Below, one piece after another: positions 11,130-24,545 of a DNA stretch of 64,000 nucleotides. Both the position numbers and the translations under genes were made by a program. The notes below the pieces were generated by a model. That model was given only the letters and a program-made list of their open reading frames with translations. It made no database searches and was not told where the DNA came from. Within the stretch, counting starts at the first letter, position 1. Every line of letters starts with the position of its first letter. Source of the stretch: Eledone cirrhosa (Eukaryota); the NCBI GenBank assembly GCA_964016885.1, contig OZ024765.1:13888001-13952000 (forward strand), written 5' to 3'.

Positions 11130-12815
11130 CCACTTATTCCTGATGTTGTCGTGGGGGTCAGAGTCCTCAAACACTCCTTCCAGTGGGTCCTGTCAGAAGC
11201 AACCGTCCCCAACTGATCTGGCTGGATCCCCAAGCAAGACCAGCCAAGCTCATGGATGTTATCCAACCATCTTGTTCGTGGTCTACCACTGGATGTATTG
11301 CCGGTTGGTTTTGCCTGTAAAATCTGTCCAGTGATTCTTTCCTGAGACATTCTAACCACATGTCCATAGTATCAGAGCTGTAATCTCTCAATTCAGAGAA
11401 GTAGCAGCTCTACCTGGAGTGACTCTCTGATCTCTGAGCTACAAATCTGTCCAGTGAATCTTTCCTGAGACATTCTAACCACATGTCCGTAACATCAGAG
11501 CTGTGATCTCTCAATTTGGAGAAGTAGCAGCTCTACCTGGAGTGACTCTCTGATCTCTGAGCTACAAATATCTCCAGTGATTCTTTCCTGAGACATTCTA
11601 ACCACATGTCCATAGTATCAGAGCTGTGATCTCTCAATTTGGAGAAGTAGCAGCTCTACCTGGAGTGACTCTCTGATCTCTGAGCTACAAATATCTCCAG
11701 TGATTCTTTCCTGAGACATTCTAACCACATGTCCATAGTATCAGAGCTGTGATCTCTCAATTTGGAGAAGTAGCAGCTCTACCTGGAGTGACTCTCTGAT
11801 CTCTGAGCTACAAATATCTCCAGTGATTCTTTCCTGAGACATTCTAACCACATGTCCATAGTATCAGAGCTGTGATCTCTCAATTTGGAGAAGTAGCAGC
11901 TCTATCTGGAGTGACTTTCTGATCTCTGAGCTACAAATCTGTCCAGTGATTCTTTCCTGAGACATTCTAACCACATGTCCATAGTATCAGAGCTGTAATC
12001 TCTCAATTCAGAGAAGTAGCAGCTCTACCTGGAGTGACTCTCTGATCTCTGAGCTACAAATCTGTCCAGTGAATCTTTCCTGAGACATTCTAACCACATG
12101 TCCGTAACATCAGAGCTGTGATCTCTCAATTTGGAGAAGTAGCAGCTCTACCTGGAGTGACTCTCTGATCTCTGAGCTACAAATATCTCCAGTGATTCTT
12201 TCCTGAGACATTCTAACCACATGTCCATAGTATCAGAGCTGTGATCTCTCAATTTGGAGAAGTAGCAGCTCTACCTGGAGTGACTCTCTGATCTCTGAGC
12301 TACAAATATCTCCAGTGATTCTTTCCTGAGACATTCTAACCACATGTCCATAGTATCAGAGCTGTGATCTCTCAATTTGGAGAAGTAGCAGCTCTACCTG
12401 GAGTGACTCTCTGATCTCTGAGCTACAAATATCTCCAGTGATTCTTTCCTGAGACATTCTAACCACATGTCCATAGTATCAGAGCTGTGATCTCTCAATT
12501 TGGAGAAGTAGCAGCTCTACCTGGAGTGACTCTCTGATCTCTGAGCTACAAATATCTCCAGTGATTCTTTCCTGAGACATTCTAACCACATGTCCATAGT
12601 ATCAGAGCTGTGATCTCTCAATTTGGAGAAGTAGCAGCTCTACCTGGAGTGACTCTCTGATCTCTGAGCTACAAATATCTCCAGTGATTCTTTCCTGAGA
12701 CATTCTAACCACATGTCCATAGTATCAGAGCTGTGATCTCTCAATTTGGAGAAGTAGCAGCTCTACCTGGAGTGACTCTCTTATCTCTGATCTATGCACA
12801 TTATCGAGTAACGTT
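11130..12815 (-). mobile_element. RTE-like LINE 3' fragment containing a 123-bp tandem array of about 12 copies (11330-12790)
   Basis: Encodes SEIRESLQVELLLLQIERSQL...VVRMSQERITGQILQAKPTGNTSSGRPRTRWLDNI...DRTHWKE; GAGACATTCTAACCAC recurs every 123 bp from 11344 to 12697. Confidence 0.88.
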
Positions 12816-12906
12816 ACTATGACATAGATATCAATATACTTATGACTATCACAGTTCCCTGTCATAGCTATGACTATGACTATGACGTAGACATCAATAT
12901 ACTTAC

Positions 12907-12968
12907 GCATGTCACAGTTTTCTCCATCATAACCATCACAGCATGATTCAGTCTTCTTCAGTTCATGT
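12907..12968 (-). CDS. Exon 3 (end of EMI-like domain)
   Basis: TTTCAG acceptor and GTAAGT donor, phase 2-1; HELKKTESCCDGYDGENCDM contains the CCxG(Y/W) motif. Confidence 0.88.
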
Positions 12969-13122
12969 CTGAAAATATAGGAAGTATGGCATAAGTTGAA
13001 GGAGGAGGAGGGTGGGGGAGAAGAAGAAGAAGAAGAAGAAGAAGAAGAAGAAGAAGAAGAAGAAGAAGAAGAAGAAGAAGAAGAAGAAGAAAGATCGAGA
13101 AGAGAGAAGGAAGGCAACTTAC

Positions 13123-13320
13123 TTGGTGAAGACACAGAAAGGACTTGATGCAGGATAAGTCTGCCATCCAAGAAGCTTCCTTTGTAAATCTGAAGTGCTG
13201 ACATCGCTCAGTTCTGATGCAGTCCGGTTGAGAAAATACCCTTCCAGTACTTTGGTGTAGAAATCAGAGCATTTTGAAACTGTAGATTTTTCAATCTTGA
13301 TCGTATTTTGACAAATATGA
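13123..13320 (-). CDS. Exon 2 (EMI-like domain)
   Basis: CCTCAG acceptor after a pyrimidine tract and GTAAGT donor; 198 nt open, phase 2-2; HICQNTIKIEKSTVSKCSDFY...WQTYPASSPFCVFTK. Confidence 0.82.
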
Positions 13321-13593
13321 CTGAGGAAAAGAGAGGAAGAGATTTGGGAAGGACGTGGTGAGAATTTGAATTTTGAAATGTTTTAATTTTTATTGAATTT
13401 AAATGTGGCACCTTTTGTAATTATATGTTCTTACATTTTTTGTAAATTATCTCCTGTTAATGTTTGATATGTTTATATACAAGTCTTTCGATTTTGAATT
13501 TATATACATATAAATTGTATAAATAACATTACATTTATACATATTTATACATACAACATAGATAATAATAAAATTTTGTTTAAGGCATTTAAT

Positions 13594-13640
13594 TGCTAAC
13601 GATTGTTTCTTCCAGACATAGGTCTGTAATCATCAGAGCA
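13594..13640 (-). ncRNA. Minimal type I hammerhead ribozyme motif
   Basis: TGCT-CTGATGA-TTACAGAC CTAT GTCTGGAA-GAA-AC AATC GT-T-AGCA: stem I TGCT/AGCA; sits in an inverted repeat (13551-13604 / 13686-13738). Confidence 0.72.
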
Positions 13641-14875
13641 TATAATATGTTAAAGCAAATAAATTCCTAATAATTAGAACATTAAATCGTTAGCAATTAA
13701 ATGCCTTAAACAAAATTTGATTGTTATCTATGTTGTATTTCTACTCTGTATTATATTTGATATTTTACATTGAGCCTGTCCCACTACCCCCACCCCATCC
13801 ACACCACCCCCTTCAATGTGAAGTTATGTTGGTACCACAACATCCAGTCCGAAACAAATGAGGTCGTGTAGGTGTCACGACAAAAAAAAACACAGTCCAC
13901 GCTGTAATGTGGCCGTGTAGGTAAAACGGTAAAAACCTCCCAGTTCCACACTGTAAACGTGGTTGGTGTTAGGAAGGGCATCCAGCCGTAGAAAACCCGC
14001 CAGACAGTCCTATACGAGCAGGACAACCAATCTTGCCTCAAGTGGGAAAACTCCCGTCCAAACCCATGCAAGCGTGGAACATGGACGTTAAACGATGATG
14101 ATGATGATGATGAGCTAATTATCTTACTGGTAATCGGGTAATACACAATATTACCCTTATCTTATTTATAATTATATATATAAGTATAACTATTACTATT
14201 ACATATATACATATGGTGTTAGGAAGGGCATCCATCAGTAGAAATCAAGCCAGAATCAGTTCCTATATGAGCAAAGCATGGGCAGCCGACCGGACACTGC
14301 CCACAACAGGACAAGCTGTCTAACCCATGCTAACACGGAAGAACGGACGTAAAACGGTGATGATGATGATGATGATGATGATGATATATATATATATATA
14401 TGTGTGTGTATATATGTATGGTCCCGTAACTCCTGATAGAGTTGTAAGGGTGCTGTATTGACATGCAGGGTTTCTTTGTCATTTTAAGCCTGGCAGAGCC
14501 CATCTCTCTCTCCAGGCCTGAGTACAGCAGATTTCTTCCAGAGAAAGATAGAAAGTGAGAGAGAGAGAGAGAGTGGGAATAAGAAAGAAATATAGAGGAA
14601 GAACGACCCCAGTACTAGACTTGTACTTTTTTTATCAACCTTAAAAAGATGAAAGGTAGGTTGACTTTCATAGGATTTGAACTCAGAGAGCCGGAACAAT
14701 TACCATAAAGCATTCTATCCAACATTCTAACAATTCTACCAATTTGCTGCCTATAAATAACATTAGAAATTGTTCAATATTTGGCTGAGGTAAAAATAGG
14801 GATTTGGGAAGATCATCGATAGAAATAGAATTTTAATGGATCATATTTTGGCAAATATGGCAAAGAAAAAGAGGA

Positions 14876-15840
14876 GAGACCAATGGAAACATCGTTTCCT
14901 TGGTCTGATCTGATGATCAGCTCAGTTCTTCTGCCAGGAGTTGTGACTGACAGGTAGTATCAGTAATAGAAAGACCAATGGAAACATTGTTTCCTTGGTC
15001 TGATCTGATGATCAACTCAGTTCTTCTGCCAGGAGTTGTGACTGACAGATAGTATCAGTAATAGAAAGACCAATGGAAACATTGTTTCCTTGGTCTGATC
15101 TGATGATCAACTCAGTTCTTCTGCCAGGAGTTGTGACTGACAGATTGTATAATAGAAAGACCAATAGAAACATTGTTTCCTTGGTCTGATCTGATGATCA
15201 ACTCAGTTCTTCTGCCAGGAGTTGTGACTGACAGATAGTATCAGTAATAGAAAGACCAATGGAAACATTGTTTCCTTGGTCTGATCTGATGATCAACTCA
15301 GTTCTTCTGCCAGGAGTTGTGACTGACAGATAGTATCAGTAATAGAAAGACCAATGGAAACATTGTTTCCTTGGTCTGATCTGATGATCAACTCAGTTCT
15401 TCTGCCAGGAGTTGTGACTGACAGATAGTATCAGTAATAGAAAGACCAATGGAAACATTGTTTCCTTGGTCTGATCTGATGATCAACTCAGTTCTTCTGC
15501 CAGGAGTTGTGACTGACAGATAGTATCAGTAATAGAAAGACCAATGGAAACATTGTTTCCTTGGTCTGATCTGATGATCAACTCAGTTCTTCTGCCAGGA
15601 GTTGTGACTGACAGATTGTATAATAGAAAGACCAATAGAAACATTGTTTCCTTGGTCTGATCTGATGATCAACTCAGTTCTTCTGCCAGGAGTTGTGACT
15701 GACAGATAGTATCAGTAATAGAAAGACCAATAGAAACATTGTTTCCTTAGTCAGATCTGATGATCAGCTCCTTTCTTCTGCCAGGAGTTGTGACCGACAA
15801 AGAGATAGTTTCAACAATATAATGACCAATGGTAACATTA
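14876..15840. repeat. 95-bp tandem repeat, about 10 copies
   Basis: GAAAGACCAA anchor at 14969, 15064, 15155, 15250, 15345, 15440, 15535, 15626 and 15721; related inverted copies at ~7545-7640 and 37065-37440. Confidence 0.92.
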
Positions 15841-16293
15841 TTTCTTTCTTTCTCCATCTCTTTCAATGAAATTTAAAAACAAAAACACGTGAACTAAACA
15901 AAAGAATAAGAAAAGATTACACTACTCACCACCACCGCCACCACCGGCATTCATTCGTTTGTCATAAATAACCATTTAGGTTTGCTAAACTGAAGACCAG
16001 GTAAGTAATTACTGCTGTCCACTAAGATCTTTTTAAGATTAACATGTGATAAGATCAGGTTTTCTACATCTGCCAGTCTCATTACAGGTAGACAGAATTA
16101 TCACTGGATCTAAAAGATCTTAAAGAGTAACATCTGGACACTTGTGGGAAGGGGAACTCTTCTAGGGTATGGAGTGAGATATATGGATGGTTGGTTGACT
16201 GGTTAGCTGGCTGGTTAGCTGACTGGCTGGATGGCTGGGAAGTTTGTGAAGGCAGATTGTTCAAACTTAGTTTCCAGAGTGTTCTATCAGAAA

Positions 16294-16325
<32 letters not shown>

Positions 16326-16729
16326 CCATTTTACGTCCATTCTTCCACGCTAGCATGGGTTAGGCGGATTGTCCTGTAGTGGGCAATGCCCAGTCAAGTG
16401 ACCTTGTCTTGCTCATAAGGGAACTGATTCTGGCTTGATTTCTACAGCTGGATGCCCTTCCTAATACCAACCTCATTTACAGTGAGTGCTGGGGGATTTT
16501 TTTTGCCGTGGCACCTCCACGACCACTTTGCAGTGAAATGATAGGGACCCCAGTCCTATCATCTCATTTCTACAGCTGAGTAAACTGGAGCAATGTGAAA
16601 TAAAGTGTCTAGCTCAAGGAAACAACACATGACCCAGTCTGAGAATTGAACTCACAATCTTTCGATTGCAAGCCCAATGCTCTAACAACTAAGCGATGCA
16701 CCTTCACCCAACCCTTTCTAATTCACCAT

Positions 16730-17830
16730 GCTGGATCCCCAAGTGAGATCAACCAAACGTATGGATGTTATCCAACCATCTTGCTCGGGGTCTACCTCTG
16801 GGTCTCCTGTTGATTGGTTTTGTCCATAAAATCTATCCAGCAATTCTTTCCTGGGACATTCTAACCATAGCATCAGAGCTGTGATCTCTCAATTCAGAGA
16901 AGTAGCAGCTCTACCTGGAGTGACTCTCTGATCTCTGAGCTACAAATCTGTCCAGCAATTCTTTCCTGGGACATTCTAACCACATGTCCATAGTATCAGA
17001 GCTGTGATCTCTCAATTCAGAGAAGTAGCAGCCCTACCTGGAGTGACTCCTTGATCTCTGAGCTACAAATCTCTCCAGCAATTCTTTCCTGGGACATTCT
17101 AACCACATGCCTGTAGTATCAGAGCTGTGATCTCTCAATTCAGTGATTCTTTCATGAGACATTCTAGCCACAAGCTCATTGTGTCAGAGTTGTGATCTCT
17201 CAATTCAATGACATAGAGGTTCTACCTGAAGTGACTCTTTGATCTTCAAGCTCTGCACTCTATCAAGTAAAGTTGCTCCAAAGATCCTTCAGAGGAACCC
17301 TATTTCAGCTGCTTGTATTTGTAGTCGTATTCTTTAGTCATTACTCAAGATTCATGACCCTAGGTAAGGGTTGGCATGAAAACTGAACTGAAGACAGCGA
17401 GTTTAGCTTTTACACCTGCCTCCTTTCTTCTGATTACTGAATACTGAAGCTGGAGCAGTTCTTGCATTTAATTCAGTCTCCTGCCTTCCATTACTCATGA
17501 ACACGGCCCCGAGATACTTGAACTTCTCTAGCTGCTTCGGTGGAACTCCATTCACATGTAGATGCACTGAGCAGGCTTCCATGAGAGCACAAGTGTCTCA
17601 GTCTTCACACAACACAGATTTTCATTCCTGCCGTGCAGTACTAGACAGTAAACCTATCAAAGTGCAAGTCAGAGATACCTTCTGCAATTTTTGCATTTAA
17701 TTCATCCTCCTGCCTTCCATCACTCATGAAAACAGCCCCAAAATACTTCAATTTCTCCGCCTGCTTCAGTGTGTTGCTATTCATATGCAAAACAAAATTT
17801 GCAGACTTTCTTGGGAAGATAAATGACTCA
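16730..17830 (-). mobile_element. Degenerate RTE-like LINE fragment, same family as 11130-12815, with about 3 copies of the 123-bp unit
   Basis: Broken translation ...KYLGAVFMS...AKLAVFSSVFMPTLTLGHES...AAEIGFL...SLQVELLLL; repeated unit at 16833-17210. Confidence 0.8.
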
Positions 17831-18834
17831 ATCTTTTCATATTTAACTTTGTATATTAATTATTATAATTATCATATATGAGTTATAATAATTTATTGTG
17901 ATATGTTATTATCTTAGCAATGAAATAATGAATAATTTTAGTAAATCCTTCAAAATTCTTCATTGATTAATTGAAATACAGTGTTCCTATTTAAATTAAA
18001 ATCTTCCAACATAATTTTATATAAGACCCTTACATTAAGTTACTATCGTACCATCCCGACCAAAACCAGCTCTGGTTCTATGAAATAAAGCCACCCATAT
18101 TAAAGATTTCCAATTTAAATTTAAATTTTCTAATATAATTTTATATAAGAAACATAGACATAGATTAAGTTACTATTTTAGTAACGAAATAATTATAGGT
18201 GGCAAATTGGCAGAGTCGTTAAAACGTCGGATAGAATGCTTTATGGTATTCAATCCAGCTCTCTACTATCTGAGTTCAAATCCCACAGAGGTCAACTTTG
18301 CCTTTCATCTTTTTGAGGTCGATAAAAAAAAGTACCAGTCAAGTCCTGGGGTCGATTCTTCCACTATGTCTCTTTCTCATATCCTCTCTCTCTCACTTTC
18401 TATCTTTCTCTGGAAGAAATCTGCTGTACTCAGCCCTGGAGAGGGATGGGCTCTGCCAGGTTTAAAATGCCCAAGAAATGCTGTATGTCAATGCAGCTCC
18501 CAAACGATTCTATCAGCAGTTACGGGACCATGCATGCATAATGAAATAATTAATTTAAGGAAATTCCTCAGAACTCCTCATTAAATTACTATCTTGATAA
18601 TGAAATAATTAAAGTTTTAGTAAACCCTTCAAAATTCTTCAGTAATTAATTGAAATACAATGTTCCAATTTAAGTTAAAATTTTCAAACATAATTTTATA
18701 AGAACCATAGGTTAAGTTAAAATCTTAGTAATGAAATAATTAATTTAAGGAAATTCCTCAGAATTCCTCATTAATTAACTGAAATAGACAGTATCAGATT
18801 AGAAGTACGGTACCGAAAGGATTAAAATTCTTAC

Positions 18835-18935
18835 CTTGCCTGTTTCCCAGCAGAAAATCTCTTGATTCCTGTGACCACAGTGTAAGACATAAAAAAATAA
18901 ACCCAAAGAAGGAGAGAAGGAGCTGTCCCTCTCAT
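18835..18935 (-). CDS. Exon 1 (start codon and signal peptide) of an otogelin/SCO-spondin/mucin-like VWD protein
   Basis: MRGTAPSLLLWVYFFMSYTVVTG|IKRFSAGKQA is a hydrophobic signal-peptide-like N-terminus; AG|GTAAG donor in phase 2 matches exon 2. Confidence 0.78.
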
Positions 18936-19099
18936 ATTTCCTAATTTGAGATTTCAGGAAGACACTATAGTCCTGGCCTTTTGAGGTTTCTTACTTCTCA
19001 GTTAAAGATTTCAGTCCTCTCTGGTTGTACTAAGGTCTATTGTTATCAATGACCACAATCAGTGTCATTGACTGATGGAGTTTGGTGATTGGGTATCAA

Positions 19100-19670
<571 letters not shown>

Positions 19671-20219
19671 TAAGAAAACCAGTAGGTGTGTTAAGTGAAT
19701 AGGGGAGTGGGTGGAAGGGGTCATTGTTGTAACTAAGGAGGAGTCCTGATGAGGGACTGCGTAGGTCATATGGGGGTAGGTGGGTAGTATGTGAGTTGGT
19801 GAAGGGGTTGGGTAGATATGAAGGTGGGGAGTGTGGGTGGGTTTGGTGGAGTGGTGGTTGGGGTGGTTGTGTTGATGGAGTGGGTGGGGGTAGAGTGGTG
19901 GGGGAGGGGTATGGGTTTTTTTTTTTGGGGGGGGGGGGTAGATTGGGGGGGTTGGGGGGGTAGATGTGGGGGAGGGGGGACTATGTAGGCATGTGGGTTA
20001 GTGGAGTGGTGGTGGGGGGGTTAGTATGTGGGTTGGTGAAGCGGTAGATATGAAGGTAGCTAGGTGGGGGTGGGGGTGGGAGGGGGGTGTATAGGTGGGT
20101 CTGTGGAGTGGTGGGGAGGAGAGATGGGTAGATGGGTGTGTGAGGTTGGGGGGGGGGGGGGGGGGGGGGTTGATGAGGAGGAGAGAAATGAAGGCAAGCT
20201 GTTTCTTGGCAGCTTTCAT

Positions 20220-21650
20220 TCCATGTTGATGTTGTTGATGTTGTTGGTGGTGGTGGTGGTAGTGGTGGTGGTGGTGGTGGTGGTAGTGGTGGTGGTGGTA
20301 GTGGTGGTGGTAGTAGTGGTGGTGGTGGTGGTGGTGGTGGTGGTAGTAGTGGTGGTGGTGGTGGTGGTGGTGGTGGTGGTGGTCGTCGTCGTCGTGGTGG
20401 TGGTGGTGGTAGGTGGTGGTGGTGGTGGTGGTGGTGGTGGTGGTAGTGGTGGTAGTAGTGGTGGTGGTAGTGGTGGTGGTAGTGGTGGTGGTGGTGGTGG
20501 TGGTAGTGGTGGTGGTGGTAGTGGTGGTGGTAGTAGTGGTGGTGGTGGTGGTGGTGGTGGTGGTGGTGGTCGTCGTCGTCGTGGTGGTGGTGGTGGTAGG
20601 TGGTGGTAGTGGTGGTAGTAGTGGTGGTGGTAGTGGTGGTGGTAGTGGTGGTGGTGGTGGTGGTAGTGGTGGTAGTGGTGGTGGTAGTGGTGGTGGTGGT
20701 GGTGGTAGTGGTGGTAGTAGTGGTGGTGGTAGTGGTGGTGGTGGTGGTGGTGGTGGTGGTGGTGGTGGTGGTGGTGGTGGTGGTGGTGGTGGTGGTAGTG
20801 GTGGTGGTGGTGGTGGTAGTGGTGGTAGTAGTGGTGGTGGTAGTGGTGGTGGTGGTGGTAGTGGTGGTGGTGGTAGTGGTGGTGGTAGTAGTGGTGGTGG
20901 TGGTGGTGGTGGTGGTGGTGGTCGTCGTCGTCGTGGTGGTGGTGGTGGTAGGTGGTGGTGGTGGTGGTGGTGGTGGTGGTGGTAGTGGTGGTAGTAGTGG
21001 TGGTGGTAGTGGTGGTGGTAGTGGTGGTGGTGGTGGTGGTAGTGGTGGTAGTGGTGGTGGTAGTGGTGGTGGTGGTGGTGGTAGTGGTGGTAGTAGTGGT
21101 GGTGGTAGTGGTGGTGGTGGTGGTGGTGGTGGTGGTGGTGGTGGTGGTGGTGGTGGTGGTGGTGGTGGTGGTGGTGGTGGTAGTGGTGGTGGTGGTGGTG
21201 GTAGTGGTGGTAGTAGTGGTGGTGGTAGTGGTGGTGGTGGTGGTGGTGGTGGTGGTGGTGGTGGTCGTCGTCGTCGTGGTGGTGGTGGTGGTGGTGGTGG
21301 TGGTGGTGGTGGTAGTGGTGGTGGTGGTGGTGGTGGTGGTGGTGGTGGTGGTAGTGGTGGTGGTGGTGGTGGTAGTGGTGGTAGTAGTGGTGGTGGTAGT
21401 GGTGGTGGTGGTGGTGGTGGTGGTGGTGGTGGTGGTGGTCGTCGTCGTCGTGGTGGTGGTGGTGGTGGTGGTGGTGGTGGTAGTGGTGGTGGTGGTGGTG
21501 GTAGTGGTGGTAGTAGTGGTGGTGGTAGTGGTGGTGGTGGTGGTGGTGGTGGTGGTGGTGGTGGTCGTCGTCGTCGTGGTGGTGGTGGTGGTGGTGGTGG
21601 TGGTGGTAGTGGTGGTGGTGGTGGTGGTGGTGGTGGTAGTGGTGGTGGAG
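20220..21650. repeat. (GGT)n/(AGT) compound trinucleotide tract with higher-order duplications
   Basis: Directly visible; a (GTC)4 marker block recurs at ~20382, 20568, 20921, 21264, 21438 and 21564. Confidence 0.97.
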
Positions 21651-21675
21651 GTTTTAGTGTTGTTGTTGTTATGAC

Positions 21676-23907
21676 TGTAGTAGTAGTAGTGGTAGTAGTA
21701 GTAGTAGTAGCAGCAGTAGTAGTAGTAGCAGTAGTAGTAGTAGTAGTAGTAGCAGTAGTAGTAGCAGTAGTAGTAGCAGTAGTAGTAGCAGCAGCAGTAG
21801 CAGTAGTAGTAGCAGTAGTAGTAGCAGTAGTAGTAGCAGTAGTAGTAGCAGTAGTAGCAGCAGTAGTAGTAGTAGCAGAAGTAGTAGTAGCAGCAGCAGT
21901 AGTAGTAGCAGTAGTAGCAGTAGCAGTAGCAGCAGTAGTAGTAGCAGTAGTAGTAGCAGTAGTAGTAGCAGTAGTAGCAGTAGCAGTAGCAGTAGTAGTA
22001 GTAGTAGTAGCAGTAGTAGCAGTAGTAGCAGTAGTAGTAGTAGCAGCAGTAGTAGTAGCAGTAGTAGTAGCAGTAGTAGTAGCAGTAGCAGCAGTAGTAG
22101 TAGCAGCAGTAGTAGCAGTAGTAGTAGTAGCAGCAGTAGTAGTAGCAGTAGTAGTAGCCGTAGTAGTAGCAGGAGCAGCAGTAGTAGCAGTAGCAGGAGT
22201 AGCAGTAGCAGTAGTATTAGCAGTAGCAGTAGTAGTAGTAGCAGCAGTAGTAGTAGCAGTAGTAGTAGCAGTAGCAGTAGTAGTAGTAGCAGCAGTAGTA
22301 GTAGCAGTAGTAGTAGCAGTAGTAGTAGCAGTAGTAGCAGCAGTAGCAGTAGTAGTAGTAGTAGCAGTAGTAATAGCAGTAGCAGTAGCAGGAGTAGCAG
22401 CAGCAGTAGCAGTAGTAGCAGTAGTAGTAGCAGTAGCAGCAGTAGTAGTAGCAGCAGTAGTAGTAGCAGTAGTAGCAGCAGTAGTAGCAGTAGTAGCAGT
22501 AGTAGCAGCAGTAGCAGCAGCAGTAGTAGCAGCAGCAGTAGTAGCAGCAGCAGTAGCAGTAGTAATAGCAGTAGTAGTAGCAGTAGCAGCAGTAGTAGCA
22601 GTAGTAGTAGTAGCAGTAGTAGCAGTAGCAGTAGTAGTAGCAGTAGTAGTAGTAGCAGCAGTAGTAGCAGTAGTAGTAGTAGCAGCAGTAGTAGCAGTAG
22701 TAGTAGTAGTAGTAGTAGCAGCAGTAGTAGTAGCAGTAGTAGTAGAAGTAGTAGTAGCAGTAGTAGTAGCAGTAGTAGTAGTAGCAGAAGTAGTAGTAGC
22801 AGCAGTAGTAGCAGTAGTAGTAGTAGCAGCAGTAGTAGTAGCAGAAGTAGTAGTAGCAGAAGTAGTAGTAGCAGCAGCAGTAGCAGAAGTAGTAGCAGCA
22901 GCAGTAGTAGCAGTAGTAGTAGCAGTAGCAGCAGTAGTAGCAGTAGTAGTAGCAGTAGTAGTAGCAGTAGTAGTAGCAGTAGTAGTAGCAGTAGTAGTAG
23001 TAGCAGAAGTAGTAGTAGCAGCAGTAGTAGTAGCAGCAGTAGTAGTAGCAGAAGTAGTAGTAGCAGAAGTAGCAGTAGCAGTAGTAGTAGCAGTAGTAGT
23101 AGTAGCAGCAGTAGTAGCAGTAGTAGTAGCAGTAGCAGCAGTAGTAGCAGTAGTAGCAGTAGTAGTAGTAGCAGTAGCAGTAGTAGTAGCAGTAGTAGTA
23201 GCAGTAGTAGTAGCAGTAGTAGTAGTAGTAGTAGTAGCAGCAGTAGTAGTAGCAGTAGCAGCAGTAGTAGTAGTGGTAGTAGTAGCAGTAGTAGTAGTAG
23301 CAGAAGTAGTAGTAGCAGCAGTAGTAGCAGTAGTAGTAGTAGCAGCAGTAGTAGTAGCAGTAGCAGTAGTAGTAGCAGCAGTAGTAGTAGTAGTAGTAGC
23401 AGCAGTAGTAGCAGTAGTAGCAGCAGTAGTAGCAGTAGTAGTAGCAGTAGTAGTAGCAGTAGTAGCAGCAGTAGTAGCAGTAGTAGTAGCAGTAGTAGTA
23501 GCAGTAGTAGTAGCAGTAGTAGTAGCAGTAGTAGTAGTAGCAGAAGTAGTAGTAGCAGCAGTAGTAGCAGTAGTAGTAGTAGCAGCAGTAGTAGTAGCAG
23601 TAGTAGCAGCAGTAGTAGCAGCAGCAGTAGCAACAGCAGCAGTAGCAGTAGTAGCAGTAGTAGCAGCAGTAGCAGCAGCAGTAGTGGCAGCAGTAGCAGC
23701 AGTAGTAGCAGTAGTAGCAGTAGCAGTAGCAGTAGTAGTAGTAGTAGTAGCAGTAGTAGCAGTAGTAGCAGTAGTAGCAGTAGTAGCAGCAGTAGTAGCA
23801 GCAGCAGTAGCAGCAGCAGTAGCAGCAGTAGCAGCAGTAGCAGTAGCAGCAGCAGTAGCAGCAGCAGTAGTAGCAGCAGCAGCAGCAGCAGTAGCAGCAG
23901 CAGCAGC
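21676..23907. repeat. (AGT/AGC)n compound trinucleotide tract, ~2.2 kb
   Basis: Directly visible. Confidence 0.97.
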
Positions 23908-24545
23908 TATTGTTCTATTCAATCATGATGATGTCAATGAATTTTATTTTATTTTAATTTTTTTTTTTGGAGGGGGGGGGTATTTTTTTCACTAAGCTGA
24001 GAAATTTATCAAGATTAACTTCAAACGTTTATTTCCTTTCAGTGAGGTGGTGACACCTGGTGGTGCAGCCATTGGTCATATCAGGGGAGGGAACCTCTCT
24101 GTTGTTTATGTTGAAGAAATTACCCCCTTGCAAAAAATGTGGCATTTTAACAGAGATAAAGAATGTGTAGAGAGGTTTAGAGGACTTGTTGTCCTTCATT
24201 GATGTCTGAAACATCATCCGACATGACACACCTCTATTTTATCTGTGTAGTGGGTGTAGCTGGCAATTTTCTGTGGCAATAACTTTGTCAGACACACGTC
24301 CACTTTATCTGATAAATTTCTTCAAAATCTTGGAGAAGTCAGCAGCTCACCTGAGGAAGGAACCCCGTGGTGGGATGGCTGGTGTAGTGGGTGTTGCTGG
24401 TCATTCTGTGGCAATACCTTCACCAGACACATTTTGACTTCATGACTTCGAAGTCATCTGATAACTTTCAAAATCTTAGAGAAGATAGCAGCTGACCTGA
24501 GAAAGGAACACCATGAAGCTGGTGGCTGGTTTAGTGGGTATCAGA

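Noticed and set aside
15930-16165. Possible extra exon in intron 1 (GTGAG donor at 15929, Cys-containing frames)
   Set aside because: Every acceptor/frame combination I tried hits a stop, and exon 1 already joins exon 2 in phase.
19746-19770. CTGATGA motifs at 19746, 7199 and ~57680, and TTGAAAA...GCGAAACCGGTA at ~40714-40745
   Set aside because: Missing or broken GAAA/core or stems; not counted as hammerhead ribozymes, although the last may be a decayed one.
19981-23995. 1313-aa, 1131-aa and 654-aa ORFs (poly-Thr/Ala/Pro, Val/Gly, Leu)
   Set aside because: Stop-free readings of pure trinucleotide microsatellite in several frames on both strands, with no codon diversity or splice context; not accepted as a mucin PTS exon.
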